From: the human T2T-CHM13v2.0 reference genome, Homo sapiens
Length of the DNA stretch: 64,000 nucleotides
NCBI RefSeq assembly: GCF_009914755.1
Contig: NC_060935.1
Reading direction: 5' to 3' (one strand)
The notes under the pieces: generated by a model
Seen by the model: only the letters and a program-made list of their open reading frames with translations
Databases searched by the model: none
What the model was told of the DNA's origin: nothing
Shown: piece after piece, positions 1-35,780 of the stretch
Layout: each line of letters begins with the position of its first letter
Numbering within the stretch: position 1 is the stretch's first letter
Program-made: the position numbers and the translations under genes

Positions 1-18950
<18,950 letters not shown>

Positions 18951-20639
18951 GGAGGCCGGGTGGAGCCGGAGCCCAGGCCTTCCAGCTCTTTCCCAGCCTC
19001 CCTTGCAAACGTGGGGGTCTCAGGGCCCCAAAGTAACTTCTCGTTAGTGCTGGTCCAATCCCCTCTGAGGAAAGGGCTAAAGGGTGGGGACAGCCTTTGG
19101 CCAGGGCTCACGGAGGTCCCAGGAGGAAGTCTGTGGGGTCCAGAAGAGGAGCAGAAAGAACAAAGCTAGAACCCAGCTTCCCTGCCAGCCCCCTCGGAAT
19201 GGCTTCCTGGTGCCCACCCTGCCACCTCCCCCCTTTCCTTTCGTCTGGCCGTGCTGGCGGGGCTGGCTCTGGGCCTCAGACACTCTGGAATCGCCAAGGT
19301 CTGAGCTCAGGGCCTGGCCCCCTTCCCAGGCTAACAGCCGGGAGGACGGGGGCGCTGTCCGAGGGCCCAGGGGCTGGAGAGGGGCACAGCAGAGCCCCAG
19401 GGCAGGGGCTGGCAGCGGCTGGGGGTGGGGGTCTTCAGGTTGGCCATGGCTGGAGAGGAGCATAGTTCCAGACCAGGCTTGTCCGCTGGTCTGGAAGGAA
19501 AGGCTGCAACGTGCGGGGGCCCAGGCCTTACTGTGGGGCCTGCCAGGAGACCCCAGGGTTCCGTCTCTGACTCACAGAACTCAGCAGGAGGTGGGGACGG
19601 CTAGGGCACATCCAGGAAAAGCGCTGCCAAGTCAGGGCGGCACCAGACCCTCTCCCGGACAGCACCCGGGGCAGCAGTCTAATTGGGGAGAGGAGGTTCA
19701 GGGACTCACTTTCAGGCACACCTGTCCAAGGAACTCTGTTTTTACTTTGAGCGTAAGTTGATGTGGGTAGCTTTAGGGGGACGCTTAGTAAGTCCCCCTT
19801 ACTAAGCGGTGCAGGGCTGGGAGGGACAATCACATGTCCCCAGGGATCCCTGCTGCCGGAATCCAGGATGGGGTGTGAGGGGCAAGCCCCTGCTTCTTGG
19901 GGCCCTGGTCCACACGGAGGCAGGGAATAATGCTAGGTGCCGACCACCTGCCAGGCACAGGGCTGAGCATTGTATACTCATTTTTTCCTAACACTCATCT
20001 GAACCTGTCCTGACTCTGCCTAGAGCTGGCTGTGGCTCACCATGGAGCACAGCACAGTCAAACAGTCCAGGGTTGGATTCTTACTGTCTCTAAGCCCCAG
20101 TTTCCTTGCTTGTGAGATGGGTATCTATTCACTCAACATCTATGTTCAACTACTGGTAATAAAAAACAAAAAATTAAAAAATAAATGTAAAAAATTCACT
20201 CAACAAACTGAGACTCCACCACATCCTAAGCTCTTGGCCACAAATAGAACCAGTCCTGCCTTCCTGGAGCTGCTGTACTAGGAGAGCTGGATATGTGCCA
20301 GATCAATTCACACAGAACTGTGGCTACAACAGAGGCTGGTACCGTGACAGAGAAGGGCAGGGAAGCAGGACAGGAGAGGGCTGGGACCTGGGAGACAAAG
20401 AGAGTCTTCCATCGGAAGCTGGAAGATGAGTAGGAGTGAGTCACACCTGTGGGCATCTGACCTCAGGGGAGGCTGCAGGGGGAGGCTATCCAGAGAACTG
20501 AGGGAAGGCCAGTGGAACAACAGGGTGTGGTGGAGAGGGAGAGCCGAAGGTGTAGTGGTGGTGGGAGGGGCCGGCCATGGTGAGGAATTTGCTTTTATTC
20601 TCATTGCAGTGGGACTGTGTCAGGGCAAGAGCGGGCACT

Positions 20640-21200
20640 CTGCCTTCATCCCAGGAGAGAGATCTCACTTGGCCCTGGGAGAGATGTATTTGGGAGGGGA
20701 GATGTAAAGACTGGGTGAAGTAGGGGTGCTGGAGAGGTAGGTGGCATGAATGGCCCCCAGATTCCTGGCCTGATCTCTGGATGGGCGAAGAAGAGGGGAG
20801 GCAGAGGAGCTGGAAACATGGGGCAGGGTCCACAGCTCTGTTCTGGTCCTGCTGAGTTTGAGATGCTTGTGAGTCATCCAAGTGGAGGTGCCCGAACCCG
20901 GGAGTCTGCAGCTCAGACAGGATGTCTGGCCTGGAGACAGAGGCTTGGGGTTATACAGGGGGCATCTACGACAGCGGGAAAGGGTGGGCTTACTATGGAG
21001 AGAAGAGAGCCCAGGGTGCCCAGGGAGATCACTGTTCCCGGGTCAGGGAGAGGAGGCGGAGTCAGGCAGGGAGAGGAGGCGGAGTCAGGCGAAAGACCAG
21101 AAAGAGCAGCTGGAGGGAGCAGAGAGGAAAACCAGGAGTGTGGTGGGGAAGAGCCAGGAGGACGGTGTGGCCCTCGGTGTCTAAAGCTGCTGCCAGTATG
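20640..21200. mobile_element. L2 LINE relic (opposite orientation)
   Basis: TGCTGAGTTTGAGATGCTTGTGAGTCATCCAAGTGGAGGTG is L2-like. Confidence 0.5.
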
Positions 21201-21762
21201 ATGGGGGGATAACAGCCCTTCTTCAGGGGCTGATGAGGGGACTCAGTGAGAAGGATCAATGAAAGTGTCCAGCCCAGTAATGATGCCCAACTCAAATGAT
21301 ATCCAACCAAATTCCTTCAGCTCTCAGGGCCTCCGCAGGAAATAGCTGAAACCACTGGGGCTAGCAACAGAGGGACATCACTCCAGTGCACATTGCTCCA
21401 CTGGCATAACCAGGGAGGGTGCCTGAGAGGTGTGGCCTGAAGCAGAGCAGCAGCCCCTGGCCCTCTGCAGTCTGCAGGGAGGGCGCTGGGGGAACAATTA
21501 TCACCCTAATCTCTTCCTAGCCACGGGTCTCCAGCTGGGCCAACCGTGGGCTGAACCCAGAAGAAAGCCTGTGGGCTGAGGGGCCTGGGGGTACAGCAGG
21601 TGGAGCTTAGCTTTCCAGCTCAGCAGGGAGGTCAGGAATGCAGAAGGGGTCTGCAGGGCAAGCTGACAAAGCCCAACACACATGGTCTCTTTGGCCTGAA
21701 CATCTTTTCTAACCTCATCACTACATGTGGCACCTCATTTGCCTAGAATCTGCCAGCACACT

Positions 21763-22306
<544 letters not shown>

Positions 22307-22620
22307 TAAGTCCAAGGAGACCATGATCTTCCTGATTACTTCAGATCATTCCTGGCAATAACAGGTCTTCCCACTGCTACTCTGCATCATCTGGTCCCTC
22401 CTCCTCCTGGTGCCGGAGTCACCTTTCAAAACCTAATTCCACCATGACTCTCCTCCTTAAAATACCTCCAGTGATTTCCCTTGCTCACCCGAGCCTGCCA
22501 GGTCCACTGTTCCTCAGAGTGGCTGAGCTCATTCCTCTGTCTGGGGATGCTCTTCTGCCAACTTCATGGTCCTCATGTCAGGGTTCCTGCAGATGCTTTT
22601 CTCTAAAACAGCCATCCCTT

Positions 22621-22940
<320 letters not shown>

Positions 22941-23261
22941 TGAAATAGCCATCCCTAGCCCTCTGGGTCATATCACCTGTGTTTTTCCCTGGTATTCCAC
23001 AAAATCTGAAGCATTCTTTGTGGATTTGTTGACTTGCTTATTGTCCAGCTTACCACCCTCTCAGGGAGGGACAACCTTGTCTCCAGATCCCAGAACAAGG
23101 CTTGGCACAGATAGGGTGCCGAAGTTTGTTGATTGACTGCACAGAGAGGCCACAAGAGTGCCTGCCATCTACCATGCACTTTACACTGTGGGGTCACGTC
23201 ATCCTCCCAGTGACCCTGCAAAGGGAAAACCAAGACTCTGAAAGATGAAATGACTAGACTC

Positions 23262-23686
<425 letters not shown>

Positions 23687-24116
23687 TCAGGAGCCCTGAC
23701 ATTTGCTCACAAATGTCCTGAAGATAGGTGGGTAGGACCCTGAGGGCAATGAGGGGCTTTGCTGGAATGGGACAAGGAGGAGGAATAGGACCCAGGCCCA
23801 GGGAATGTTCGGGCTAGTCAAATGTTCTTGAGGTTCTTGGGTTCTTGAAGCCCAGAGAAGATATGGGACTTGACGAAGGTTACACAGCCAGCCATCAGCA
23901 GAGCCAGAACCTGAACTCAGGGCTCCTGATGCCATGTTAAGGGATTGGCTGGACAGGGTGACAGCAGCTGCATGATGAAAGTTCTGTCTCAGGAGGCCGC
24001 ATTGCAGTGGTTGTTTTCTAGCATTAGATCATACTGGCTGTGTCATGCACCAGCTAAGTGAATTGGGAAAATTCTTCAACTTCTCTGTGCCTCAGTCCTC
24101 AACCCCCTACCCTTCC

Positions 24117-24243
24117 TTTTTTTTAGAGACAGTCTCTGTATATTGCTCCGTCAATATAGAGTCAAACTCCTGGCCTCAAGTGATCCTTCCCGCTCAGCCT
24201 CCTGAGTAGCTGTGATTACAGGCACACAACCCTGCACCTGGCT
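24117..24243 (-). mobile_element. Alu monomer (FLAM-like)
   Basis: Short reverse left-arm sequence. Confidence 0.65.
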
Positions 24244-24268
24244 TTCCTCATTTTTAAACAGGGAATGA

Positions 24269-25153
<885 letters not shown>

Positions 25154-25403
25154 AGCAGGGAATCAGTGGGCTGATATTTATGAAGCCCTTAGCAGATGCC
25201 TGCCAAATAGTAAGCACTCAGGATATGTGAGACCTTTTCATCATTGTCTGGATCTGCAAGCCAAGATGGGCAGGGTGGTGAGAGACGGGCTGCTGGTGGA
25301 GAGCCACCGTGCCACGAGGGCTGACTGTGTGTCAGAGGCTGTGCCGCCTCCATGTGTTGTCCCTCTGAGTTCTGAATGTCTTTGGGAAGCTTCTGGGCTC
25401 TGA

Positions 25404-25765
<362 letters not shown>

Positions 25766-26689
25766 TGCTCATCAGCTTTAAAGATGAGGGATGGAAGTGA
25801 TGAAGGCCTGGAGGGGACAAGGTTGCCCTAAAGCATTTCTCTCCAAAGACACTTTACTGAAAGTGGCTATTAAACCCCTCTAATGTGCCACTTACTGTGG
25901 GTAGTAAAACGATGGACACTGAGAGTTGGGATTGGAAATGAGATGAAACTACCTTCACGCTTGATAAATCAGGGGGCCCTTCTGCCCTGCCACTCTTCCC
26001 CGCCTTTTGAGCACGGGAGAAATCTACTGGTAAGAGCTCAGGCTCAAGAGGTACACTGGCTGCCAGCCGGGAGCCCCAGCCCTGCCACTCCCAACTGGGT
26101 GACTGTGGATACATCTCTCACTACTCCAGGCCTCAGCCTCCTCATTTGCAAATTGGGAATGATGATAAGACCTAGCTGCCAGTGTTGTCCTAAGGAATAA
26201 GCGAAATACTTCATAAAGAGCTCTTAACACAGTGCCTGGCCCAAAGAAAACACACACACCAAGTTGAGTGTGATTATTTTTATTGTTGTATCATCCAGCC
26301 ACTTCCTGTTTCACAGAAATGTCAAGGTGATTCACATTGCAGTGAAAACCAAAAAAAAAAAAAAAAAAAAAAAGAATAGCTGACCCCTTTTCAGTGCCTG
26401 TGTGAAAATACAAATGATAAGTTACGTTTTTCAGAGGCCAGGCAACATGGCATAGGCCACTTGTTGCCATGTGAACCATCCCCACCAAATCAGCCAGCCC
26501 AGGGGGAGCTGTAATTGAGCTGTGCATGACTGAGCTGCTGTGGGGTGCTCTATCACCCAGAAAAGAGCCTAACTACAGCCATGTCATCAGTGCCACAAGG
26601 AGGGACCAATTTGGACTGGCTCACATGAAACTGTGATTCCCTTCCCTCCCCCTCCCCCTCCTCCTTTCCCTCCTTTCTCTTCCCTGACT

Positions 26690-26958
26690 CCATGCTCTGT
26701 TGCCCAGGCTGGAGTGCAGTGGCAGGATCTCCACTCACTGCAACCTCCGCCTCCCAGTTCAAGCAATTCCCGTCTCAGCCTCATGAGTAGCTGGAACTAC
26801 AGGCTCGCACCACCATGCCCAGCTAGTTTTTGTATTTTTAGTAGAGATGGGGTTTCACTATGTTGGCCAGGCTGGTCTCGAACTCCTGACCTCAAGTGAT
26901 CTGCCAGTCTTGACCTCCCAAAGTGCTGGGATTAAAGTTGTGAGCCACCATGCCTGGC
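26690..26958 (-). mobile_element. AluS with a polypyrimidine tract in place of the tail
   Basis: Reverse dimer preceded by a C/T-only tract at about 26637-26685. Confidence 0.85.
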
Positions 26959-27098
26959 TGAAGGTGTGATATATTGTCGGCAAGGGAAGGGTGTGAAAGA
27001 GCCCAAGCCCATTGCTCCACAGACACTGGCCTGTCCACTGTGACTGCTGCGAATAGGTTTTACCACCAACACCTGTGAGCACCTTCTATGTCAAGGAC

Positions 27099-27445
27099 TG
27101 TGAAGCATCTGAGATCTTACCCACTTGCAAGCTACCAAGGTAGCCCGTCAGGTTCAAGAATGCTGGCAGAATACAGGAGAGTCCTGGGTCAGAGACAAAG
27201 GACTTGATCGCTGTGCAGCAAACAGCATGAGCACCAGCATATTTCCGTTAGTTCCTTTTGACCCTAAGTCCCATGGGGGTGATGCTGATGGGCTCAGGCA
27301 AGTGTGGGCACACAGAGCGAATTACATTGTGGGAGAGGACCCTAAGCTTAGGAAACTCAAAGCCAGTAAGCATGGCTGTCCTTTGCTCTGGAGGGAGACA
27401 CTATCTCCATCTTCCATAGCTGTTCCCTAGATAAACATCTTTGAA
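27099..27445. mobile_element. Probable ERVL-class LTR relic (MER74/MER77-like)
   Basis: TGTGAAGCATCTGAGATCTTACCCACTTGCAAGCTA...CTGGGTCAGAGACAAAGGAC...CTCTGGAGGGAGACACTATCTC resembles ERVL LTR consensus as I remember it; the family is not verified. Confidence 0.45.
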
Positions 27446-28045
<600 letters not shown>

Positions 28046-28064
28046 AATAGGCATAAGTGGCCCC

Positions 28065-28348
28065 ATTTTTATTTTGAGTCAGGGTCTCGCTCTGTCACCC
28101 AGGTTGCAATGCAGAAGCCTGATCATGGCCCACTGCAGCCTGGATCTCCTGGGCTGGGAGCAATCCTCCCACTCAGCCTCCTGAGTAGCTGGGACTACAA
28201 GTGCATGCTACTGCACCAGCTAATTTAAAAAATACATATATTTCTTAGAGATGGGTTCTTACTATGCTGTCCAGGCTGGTCTCAAGCAATCCTCCTGCAT
28301 GTCCTCCCAGAGTGCTGAGATTATAGGTGTGAGCCACAGCACCTGGTC
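28065..28348 (-). mobile_element. AluJ
   Basis: Diverged reverse Alu. Confidence 0.8.
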
Positions 28349-28700
28349 TACTGGCCCTGTTTTACAGATGAGAAATTGAAGTCCACAGCGATGAAGTAAA
28401 CTACTCCAGGTGATACAGTAAATAGATCCAGGATCAAACCCAGGCCTGCCTCATTCCAGTTCTGCGTCTTGTCCACCCTACAGTGGAACTTAAGATGGTG
28501 AGAGGCCCTGAGAGGAGAAAAGGGACAAGAGTCCTCTTGAGCAGTGGGAGAAGAGGGATGCAGGAAGGATGGGAGATGTGTGTGCATCTCTCTATGTGTT
28601 GTCTGGATTTGGGGGGTCAAGGACCAGATTTATAGGACCTTGGAGACCATAACAAGGACTTTGGATTTTTGTCTAAGTGTGATGGGAGATGCCAAATGGC

Positions 28701-28995
28701 TTTTTTTTTTTTTAGATAGAGTCTCACTCTGTTGCCCAGGCTGGAGTGCAGTGGTGTGATCTCGGCTCACTGCAACTTCTGCCTCCCGGTTCAAGCAATT
28801 CTCCTGGTTCAGCCTCCCGAGTAGCTGGGATTACGGGCGCCCGCCACCACACCTGGCTAATTTTTGTATTTTTAGTAGAGAAGGGGTTTCACTATGTTGG
28901 CCAGGCTGGTCTTGAACTTCTGATCTCAAGACATCTGCCCGCCTCGGCCTCCCAATGTGCTGGGGTTACAGGCGTGAGCCACAGTATCGGGCAGC
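28701..28995 (-). mobile_element. AluSx-like
   Basis: Reverse full dimer. Confidence 0.9.
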
Positions 28996-29306
28996 CAGAT
29001 GGTTTTTAGTACAAGAACGACACTGTATTTTAAAATAATTATTCAGTTTCCTGCTTATGTGGGGATATGTAAGGTTGTCATGAGGAGTAAATTGGAGAGA
29101 TTAAGTGAGAGGACTCATGTAAGGCTCTTTGTAGGTGCGAGGCAGAATAGACAGTTGAGTGGATATTGGCCATGATGGTGACATAGTCGGCGCACTGAGG
29201 AATTCAGGGTAGGGCTGGGAGCTGGAGACGGTAATAACCTGGGGGTCTGTGCATACAGGCTGGAGTCCAAGAGATGGTTCAGAGACAGTTCCTCTAGTCA
29301 GCCTAA

Positions 29307-29462
29307 GGCTAGGTGCTGTGGCTCTTCGCTGTAATCCCAGCACTTTGGGAGGCTGAGGTGTGAGGATCACTTGAGTCCAGGAGTTGGAGACCAGCCTGGG
29401 CAACATGACGAAACCCCATCTCTACAAAAAATACAAACCAAACCAAACAAACACACAAAAAA
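29307..29462 (+). mobile_element. Alu left monomer (FLAM/AluJ)
   Basis: Left arm plus an A-rich tail. Confidence 0.75.
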
Positions 29463-29949
29463 CGGTGGCTCTATTCAGCCTGATAGAAACGACTTGTGGT
29501 ACAGGCCCTAAGTCAGGTACGCTGCTGCCCAAGAGCCTGACTGGTAGATGGAGATGTGAAAGGGACACAGGGCTCTCCACGTAAGCAGGAGGCAGCAAGA
29601 ATGACAGTTCCAGGGGTTCTACGTGGAAGGAAGAGGGGGCCAGGAGGAAGGGACTTCAGGTCAGATTGAGGGGGCATGTGCCATCCGGAAGAGGAGAATG
29701 TCGATGTAACTGTGAAAGTCCAAGTCCTAGCTGCTTTTCCACTGCCCTGGTGTACAACCTCAGGCCCTGCAGACTGCACATCTGAGGACCCCTGCCTGCC
29801 CTGTCTGGCTTCTCTGAATCTAATAAGGGAGAAGATGCGTTTGAAAAAGAACACGGAAGAGGGAGAGAGAAAAAAAGCACCAAGGTCCATGTTCAGAGAG
29901 CCCTGGTAATTTTAACTTGCAACTCACCCAAGAAGAGCCTAATGGTCGC

Positions 29950-31150
29950 AAGAGTATGTAGGAAGGCCCCAACCCGACCCGGCCCAGCACGCAGCACCCA
30001 AGGGCGGCTGGTAGCGCAATGCGCGTGCCCAGTACAGCGCTATTCAGTCTGCAGGCTTTTTGAGGATTTCAACTTCAAAGAACGGTCGGCTTCGGGGCGA
30101 ACTTTGCTTCAGTTCCAGGCCTCGGGAGGCAGCGAGGAGACAGACTGGGACACCGAGCATGCAGAAGGGGAGTGGTCTTGAAATACGCGGAAAGGGAGAA
30201 TGCACCCCTCCTGGCCAGCCTTGCCGGGCGAAGTGAGAAGTACTGAGGCCTGAGAAGGCTCCACGCGTGCGCAAAGGGCCGCTCGCTGTGATTACTGGGG
30301 TGGCGATGGTTGTGATGACGCCGCTGCCCCGCCTGCGCCGAAAGGGAAACCCCAGGGGAGGCGGAGGCCAGCGGGGATTTCTGAAGCCAAGTGGTCCCCT
30401 TCATCCACGACGGACAGGAAGGGCGACCCCCTGAGGCCACTTCCAGGTCTTGCGACCGGAGGAGAGTTACCAAGTTGACGCTCCTCCCGAGGCCTCGCGC
30501 GTCGGAAGCTTCTGTCCCCTGGATTCCGGTTGACGGACGCGTCCCCCGAGCAGGTTCTCGGTAGCAGCCGACACGCCCCACCCCGGGCACAGCGAGGTCT
30601 GAGGACCACGCTAAGGCGTCACGTCCGCCCTGATCCGCGGCAGCTATGGAACGGGCGGAGCCGCAGCGGAGGGCGCTCCGCTTTGACGTCACTTCCTGTG
30701 AGCCCGGCGGTGACAACGGCAACATGGCCCTGAACGGAGCTGGTGAGGACCTGGGCGGCAGGGGTTTGTGGCTGTGAGGTACGGGAGGCAGCCCGCTCCG
30801 GCAAGACCCCCAGTCCCTATGCCTCTCTTCCCCAGAAGTCGACGACTTCTCCTGGGAGCCCCCGACTGAGGCGGAGACGAAGGTGCTGCAGGCGCGACGG
30901 GAGCGGCAAGATCGCATCTCCCGGCTCATGGGCGACTATCTGCTGCGCGGTTACCGCATGCTGGGCGAGACGTGTGCGGACTGCGGGGTGAGGCGAGACT
31001 CGGGCGAGTGACCGGGGATGGGTCCGCGGGCCAGGCCACTCAGCCCTTCCCCGGCCCTCCCCTCTGGACCCCATTGCCGGCGTCTCATTCCGGCCCCGTG
31101 TGCTTTTTGGTCCGTAGACGATCCTCCTCCAAGACAAACAGCGGAAAATC
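29950..31150. promoter_or_regulatory. CpG-island promoter of ZNRD2 with overlapping CRE and ETS sites
   Basis: CpG-rich. TGACGTCA at 30684-30691 overlaps ACTTCCTG at 30691-30698, about 30 nt upstream of the ATG. Confidence 0.8.
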
Positions 31151-31966
31151 TACTGCGTGGCTTGTCAGGAACTCGACTCAGACGTGGATAAAGATAATCC
31201 CGGTAAGAGTAAAAAATAATCCGGGAGAGGGGCCGGATATGCTTAGGGGGGAAGCGTGGTTAAGTGGTGATAGAGGCCCGAGAACAGTAGGGCTGAGAGG
31301 TGACAGTGGAGTCTCTGGGTGGGGTAGAAGTAAAATTATTTCTCCTTTAGGCTCTAAAGAGGACCCTTAACTCAATAAGAGCACCAAGCACCTCCTGTGT
31401 GCCAGCCACTGCGCGAGAGTCTGAGCTCAACCAGGCCCAGTACTGATGGAGAATTGAAGCTAGGGCATAAATGTGATACAAAGTAGAAAGTGGATGAGTT
31501 GCCTTATAGAGGGACAGGGAAAACACCTCAAGCACAGAAAGAGCAGAGCAGAAAAGGAGATGGCTCAGGGCTGAGGTGGGCCAGGCATCCTGACCATTCC
31601 ACCCACTTTCTCCTCTTTTTAGCTCTGAATGCCCAGGCTGCCCTCTCCCAAGCTCGGGAGCACCAGCTGGCCTCAGCCTCAGAGCTCCCCCTGGGCTCTC
31701 GACCTGCGCCCCAGCCCCCAGTACCTCGTCCGGAGCACTGTGAGGGAGCTGCAGCAGGACTCAAGGCAGCCCAGGGGCCACCTGCTCCTGCTGTGCCTCC
31801 AAATACAGATGTCATGGCCTGCACACAGACAGCCCTCTTGCAGAAGCTGACCTGGGCCTCTGCTGAACTGGGCTCTAGCACCTCCCTGGAGACTAGCATC
31901 CAGCTGTGTGGCCTTATCCGCGCATGTGCGGAGGCCCTGCGCAGCCTGCAGCAGCTACAGCACTAA
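30724..31966 (+). CDS. ZNRD2: Zinc ribbon domain-containing 2 / Sjogren syndrome-scleroderma autoantigen 1 (SSSCA1), 199 aa
   Basis: Exons 30724-30742, 30836-30987, 31118-31202, 31623-31966 (600 nt). The protein reads MALNGAEVDDFSWEPP...CADCG...YCVAC...RSLQQLQH, with a CxxC/CxxC zinc ribbon. Confidence 0.96.
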
Positions 31967-32529
31967 GAGAAGCCCCTGAGAAAAACCCTCTAGAAAAACA
32001 GCTGTTCCTCTGTGTGGTTTGTTTTTTTCCTGGTTCCAAGTGTGCATGCCAGCCCCAGCTCCACTCACCTTTTTCCAGCTTTTGGCCTCTTCACCTCTCC
32101 ACTCTGTTCTCCTTGACGCCCTGAGATGAGTTGAGCTTGTTTCTTCTCAGTTTCCCCAGTCAGGATGAGGGAGTAGGTAGAGGACTATGTGATGCCCCTT
32201 TTCTAAGGAAGAAGCCATAGCCTTTTCAAAGGTAGCAGCCAGAGGGGTGGACCCTAGCCTTGTCTCTGGCAGCACCTCTGCAGCCTCTTCCGCCATCTGG
32301 TGTCCATTCCCCACCTGGAAGTGAGGTTTTGTGTTCCGATCCCCTTGATAGATTCCCCTCCTTCCCCTGAGCATCCTGACCCTATCAGCCTATCCCATCT
32401 CATGCCCACCCCAGGTACTCAGACACCGACAGGAGTTTGTGGTGACCCCAGCGTCAGGTGGCACGTTAGGCACCAAGTGTGGACTTGCCAGTCTCCTGAC
32501 TCCACTGTTAGATCATTTTCCTTGGGTGT

Positions 32530-33873
<1,344 letters not shown>

Positions 33874-34403
33874 AGGGCTGGGGGGCAGGGGGCATGCACC
33901 CATGCAAAAGGCTCAGAAACTCCCCCTCCGGCAAGCCCTCAGACTTCGGAGCCTGCGCCTTCCCCCCTACCGCCTCACCTCACAGGAGGGCCAGGCATGT
34001 ATTCCTCAGAGGCGAAACTGCCAAACTCTTTCTCCTGTCTTGGGTTGGCTGGCACTGGGGCGGGCATCTAGGGTACAGCCTCTGCTCATGGCACTGGGCC
34101 TCCAGTTCTTCCACATGTGTGCACCCCCAGCTTGGCCAACCCTCAGCCTTGCGGTGGGGCCCGAAGCATCTTCCCTTCCGCTTGGCGTCTCTGGGATTGG
34201 GATGAGTGCCTGGCTCCCATCTCCTCCTCACCTTTTGTTGCTATCGGCAGCTGCTGGCTCAGGGGCATCCCACCTCCGGGCTCTGGGTTCCTCTGCCCTG
34301 GAAGGGCTCCAGGACCCGTCCCAATAACCACCCACGGCCAGGAGGGCCAAGGCCCCGTGCTGGATATTTAAATTTAGGGGCCGGTCTCCAGGGCGCGTAG
34401 ATA

Positions 34404-34409
34404 AATAAA
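34404..34409 (+). terminator. FAM89B polyadenylation signal
   Basis: AATAAA about 530 nt after the stop, followed by GT-rich sequence. Confidence 0.8.
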
Positions 34410-34494
34410 TACACTCAGCGTCGTTGTGCTCTGCCTGGCTGGCTCTGGGGCGGGAAGACCGCGGTGTTTGTGGCAGGTGCGGCCCCGCGCTCTG

Positions 34495-34508
34495 CCAGCA
34501 GGTGGCGC
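34495..34508 (+). promoter_or_regulatory. CTCF motif
   Basis: CCAGCAGGTGGCGC matches the core consensus CCASYAGRKGGCRS. Confidence 0.65.
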
Positions 34509-35599
34509 CCGAGACCCCCTCCCCCCCGCCCCGCGCCGAGTGAAGGCCCTGCCGTCCCGCCGGGGCGGGGCTGGGGGCGCTGCCTGCTGGCCGAGCCTGG
34601 CTCAGCCGCCGGGTGACTGCGGTCGAGTCACTTCCCCTCTCTCGCCCGCGACCTCCGAGTCCCCCGCTCCCTCCTCCCAGTTCGCTTCGGGCTTTCCCTG
34701 CCTGCCGGGAAGGAAGGAGAAGGAGCCGCCCACCTTGAGGAGGGAAACTTTCCACCCCGCGCGGGGCGGGGTTGAGGCGGCGCAGGAAATGGGTGGCCGG
34801 AGTCGCCGGAGCAAGGGGCCCCGGCGGGGGCGGGGGAGGCGCCTCCGGGAACGGCCTGGGACCTCACGCCCCGCGGGTGGGAGGGAGGGGTGGCAGAGGC
34901 CGAGGGGAGTGAAGTCGCGGCACCTCGGGCCTTCCCGGAGGCCAAGCATGAGACTCCGCGGCGGTGAAGTTTGATTGGGGTTCCAGGGACCCGTATTCCC
35001 CGCTCAGTCTGTGAAGACCGCCGGCTCTCCCCACAGCACTAGCGGTCTTTACAGTTATCTGTGGAAGGTTTCTTAGGAAACCGGGGACCCACACCGCTGG
35101 GACTGAGAACCAAACCCAGTTGTCAAGCCCACCGGAAGAAGCCAGCACGTTCGGAGACAGTGGGTACTCAGCCCCCTACACGCGCACACGACACCTCACA
35201 ACCTCCTGAAAAGAGGTGAAGCCGCACACCGAGGTGTGCGAACAGCACATCCCCGCGCCCTGCTGCAGCCATTTGCCTCCTGGAGATGCAGCCCAGATGG
35301 CAGTCCTGGCACTCAGACATCCCGTTAAACCAAGTAGCAGTCACGCACCGGGCTCCTGTCCATTTACACACCTTGCAGAGCAGCGGGAAGGAACAAACTG
35401 ACCTATTGCCCCAGGGCAGCTGACACCTGCAGAGGCTCATTACCATGCAGGGCGGGTGGGTAGGCGATAAGGGCTCTAATCTAGGGGTTCACAGCTGCTA
35501 ACGCTCCAGGCAGGCTTTCCTGGGGAGGGAGAGTAAACATACACAAAAATGACACGTTTTCCCCATCCATTATAGCGCATCCCATTTAATAAGGAGGCA

Positions 35600-35780
35600 T
35601 GGCAAAATCAGCCAGGCTTTCTGCTAAATGCCTTCTGAGGTTCATCCTCTCAGGGATTCCCTAAAAGGCGGAACTACAATTATCCCCATTTAATAGACGT
35701 TGAAACTGAGGCTCAGAGTGTTAGCGCTTTGCCCAAGGTCACACTTGGTTGGAGGTCAGTTATGATTCTCCAGCTACTTG
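35600..35780. mobile_element. MIR
   Basis: CCCCATTTAATAGACGTTGAAACTGAGGCTCAGAG...GCCCAAGGTCACA. Confidence 0.7.

Noticed and set aside
30075-30929. 284-aa minus ORF across the ZNRD2 promoter
   Set aside because: No recognisable domain; CpG-island artefact antisense to real exons.
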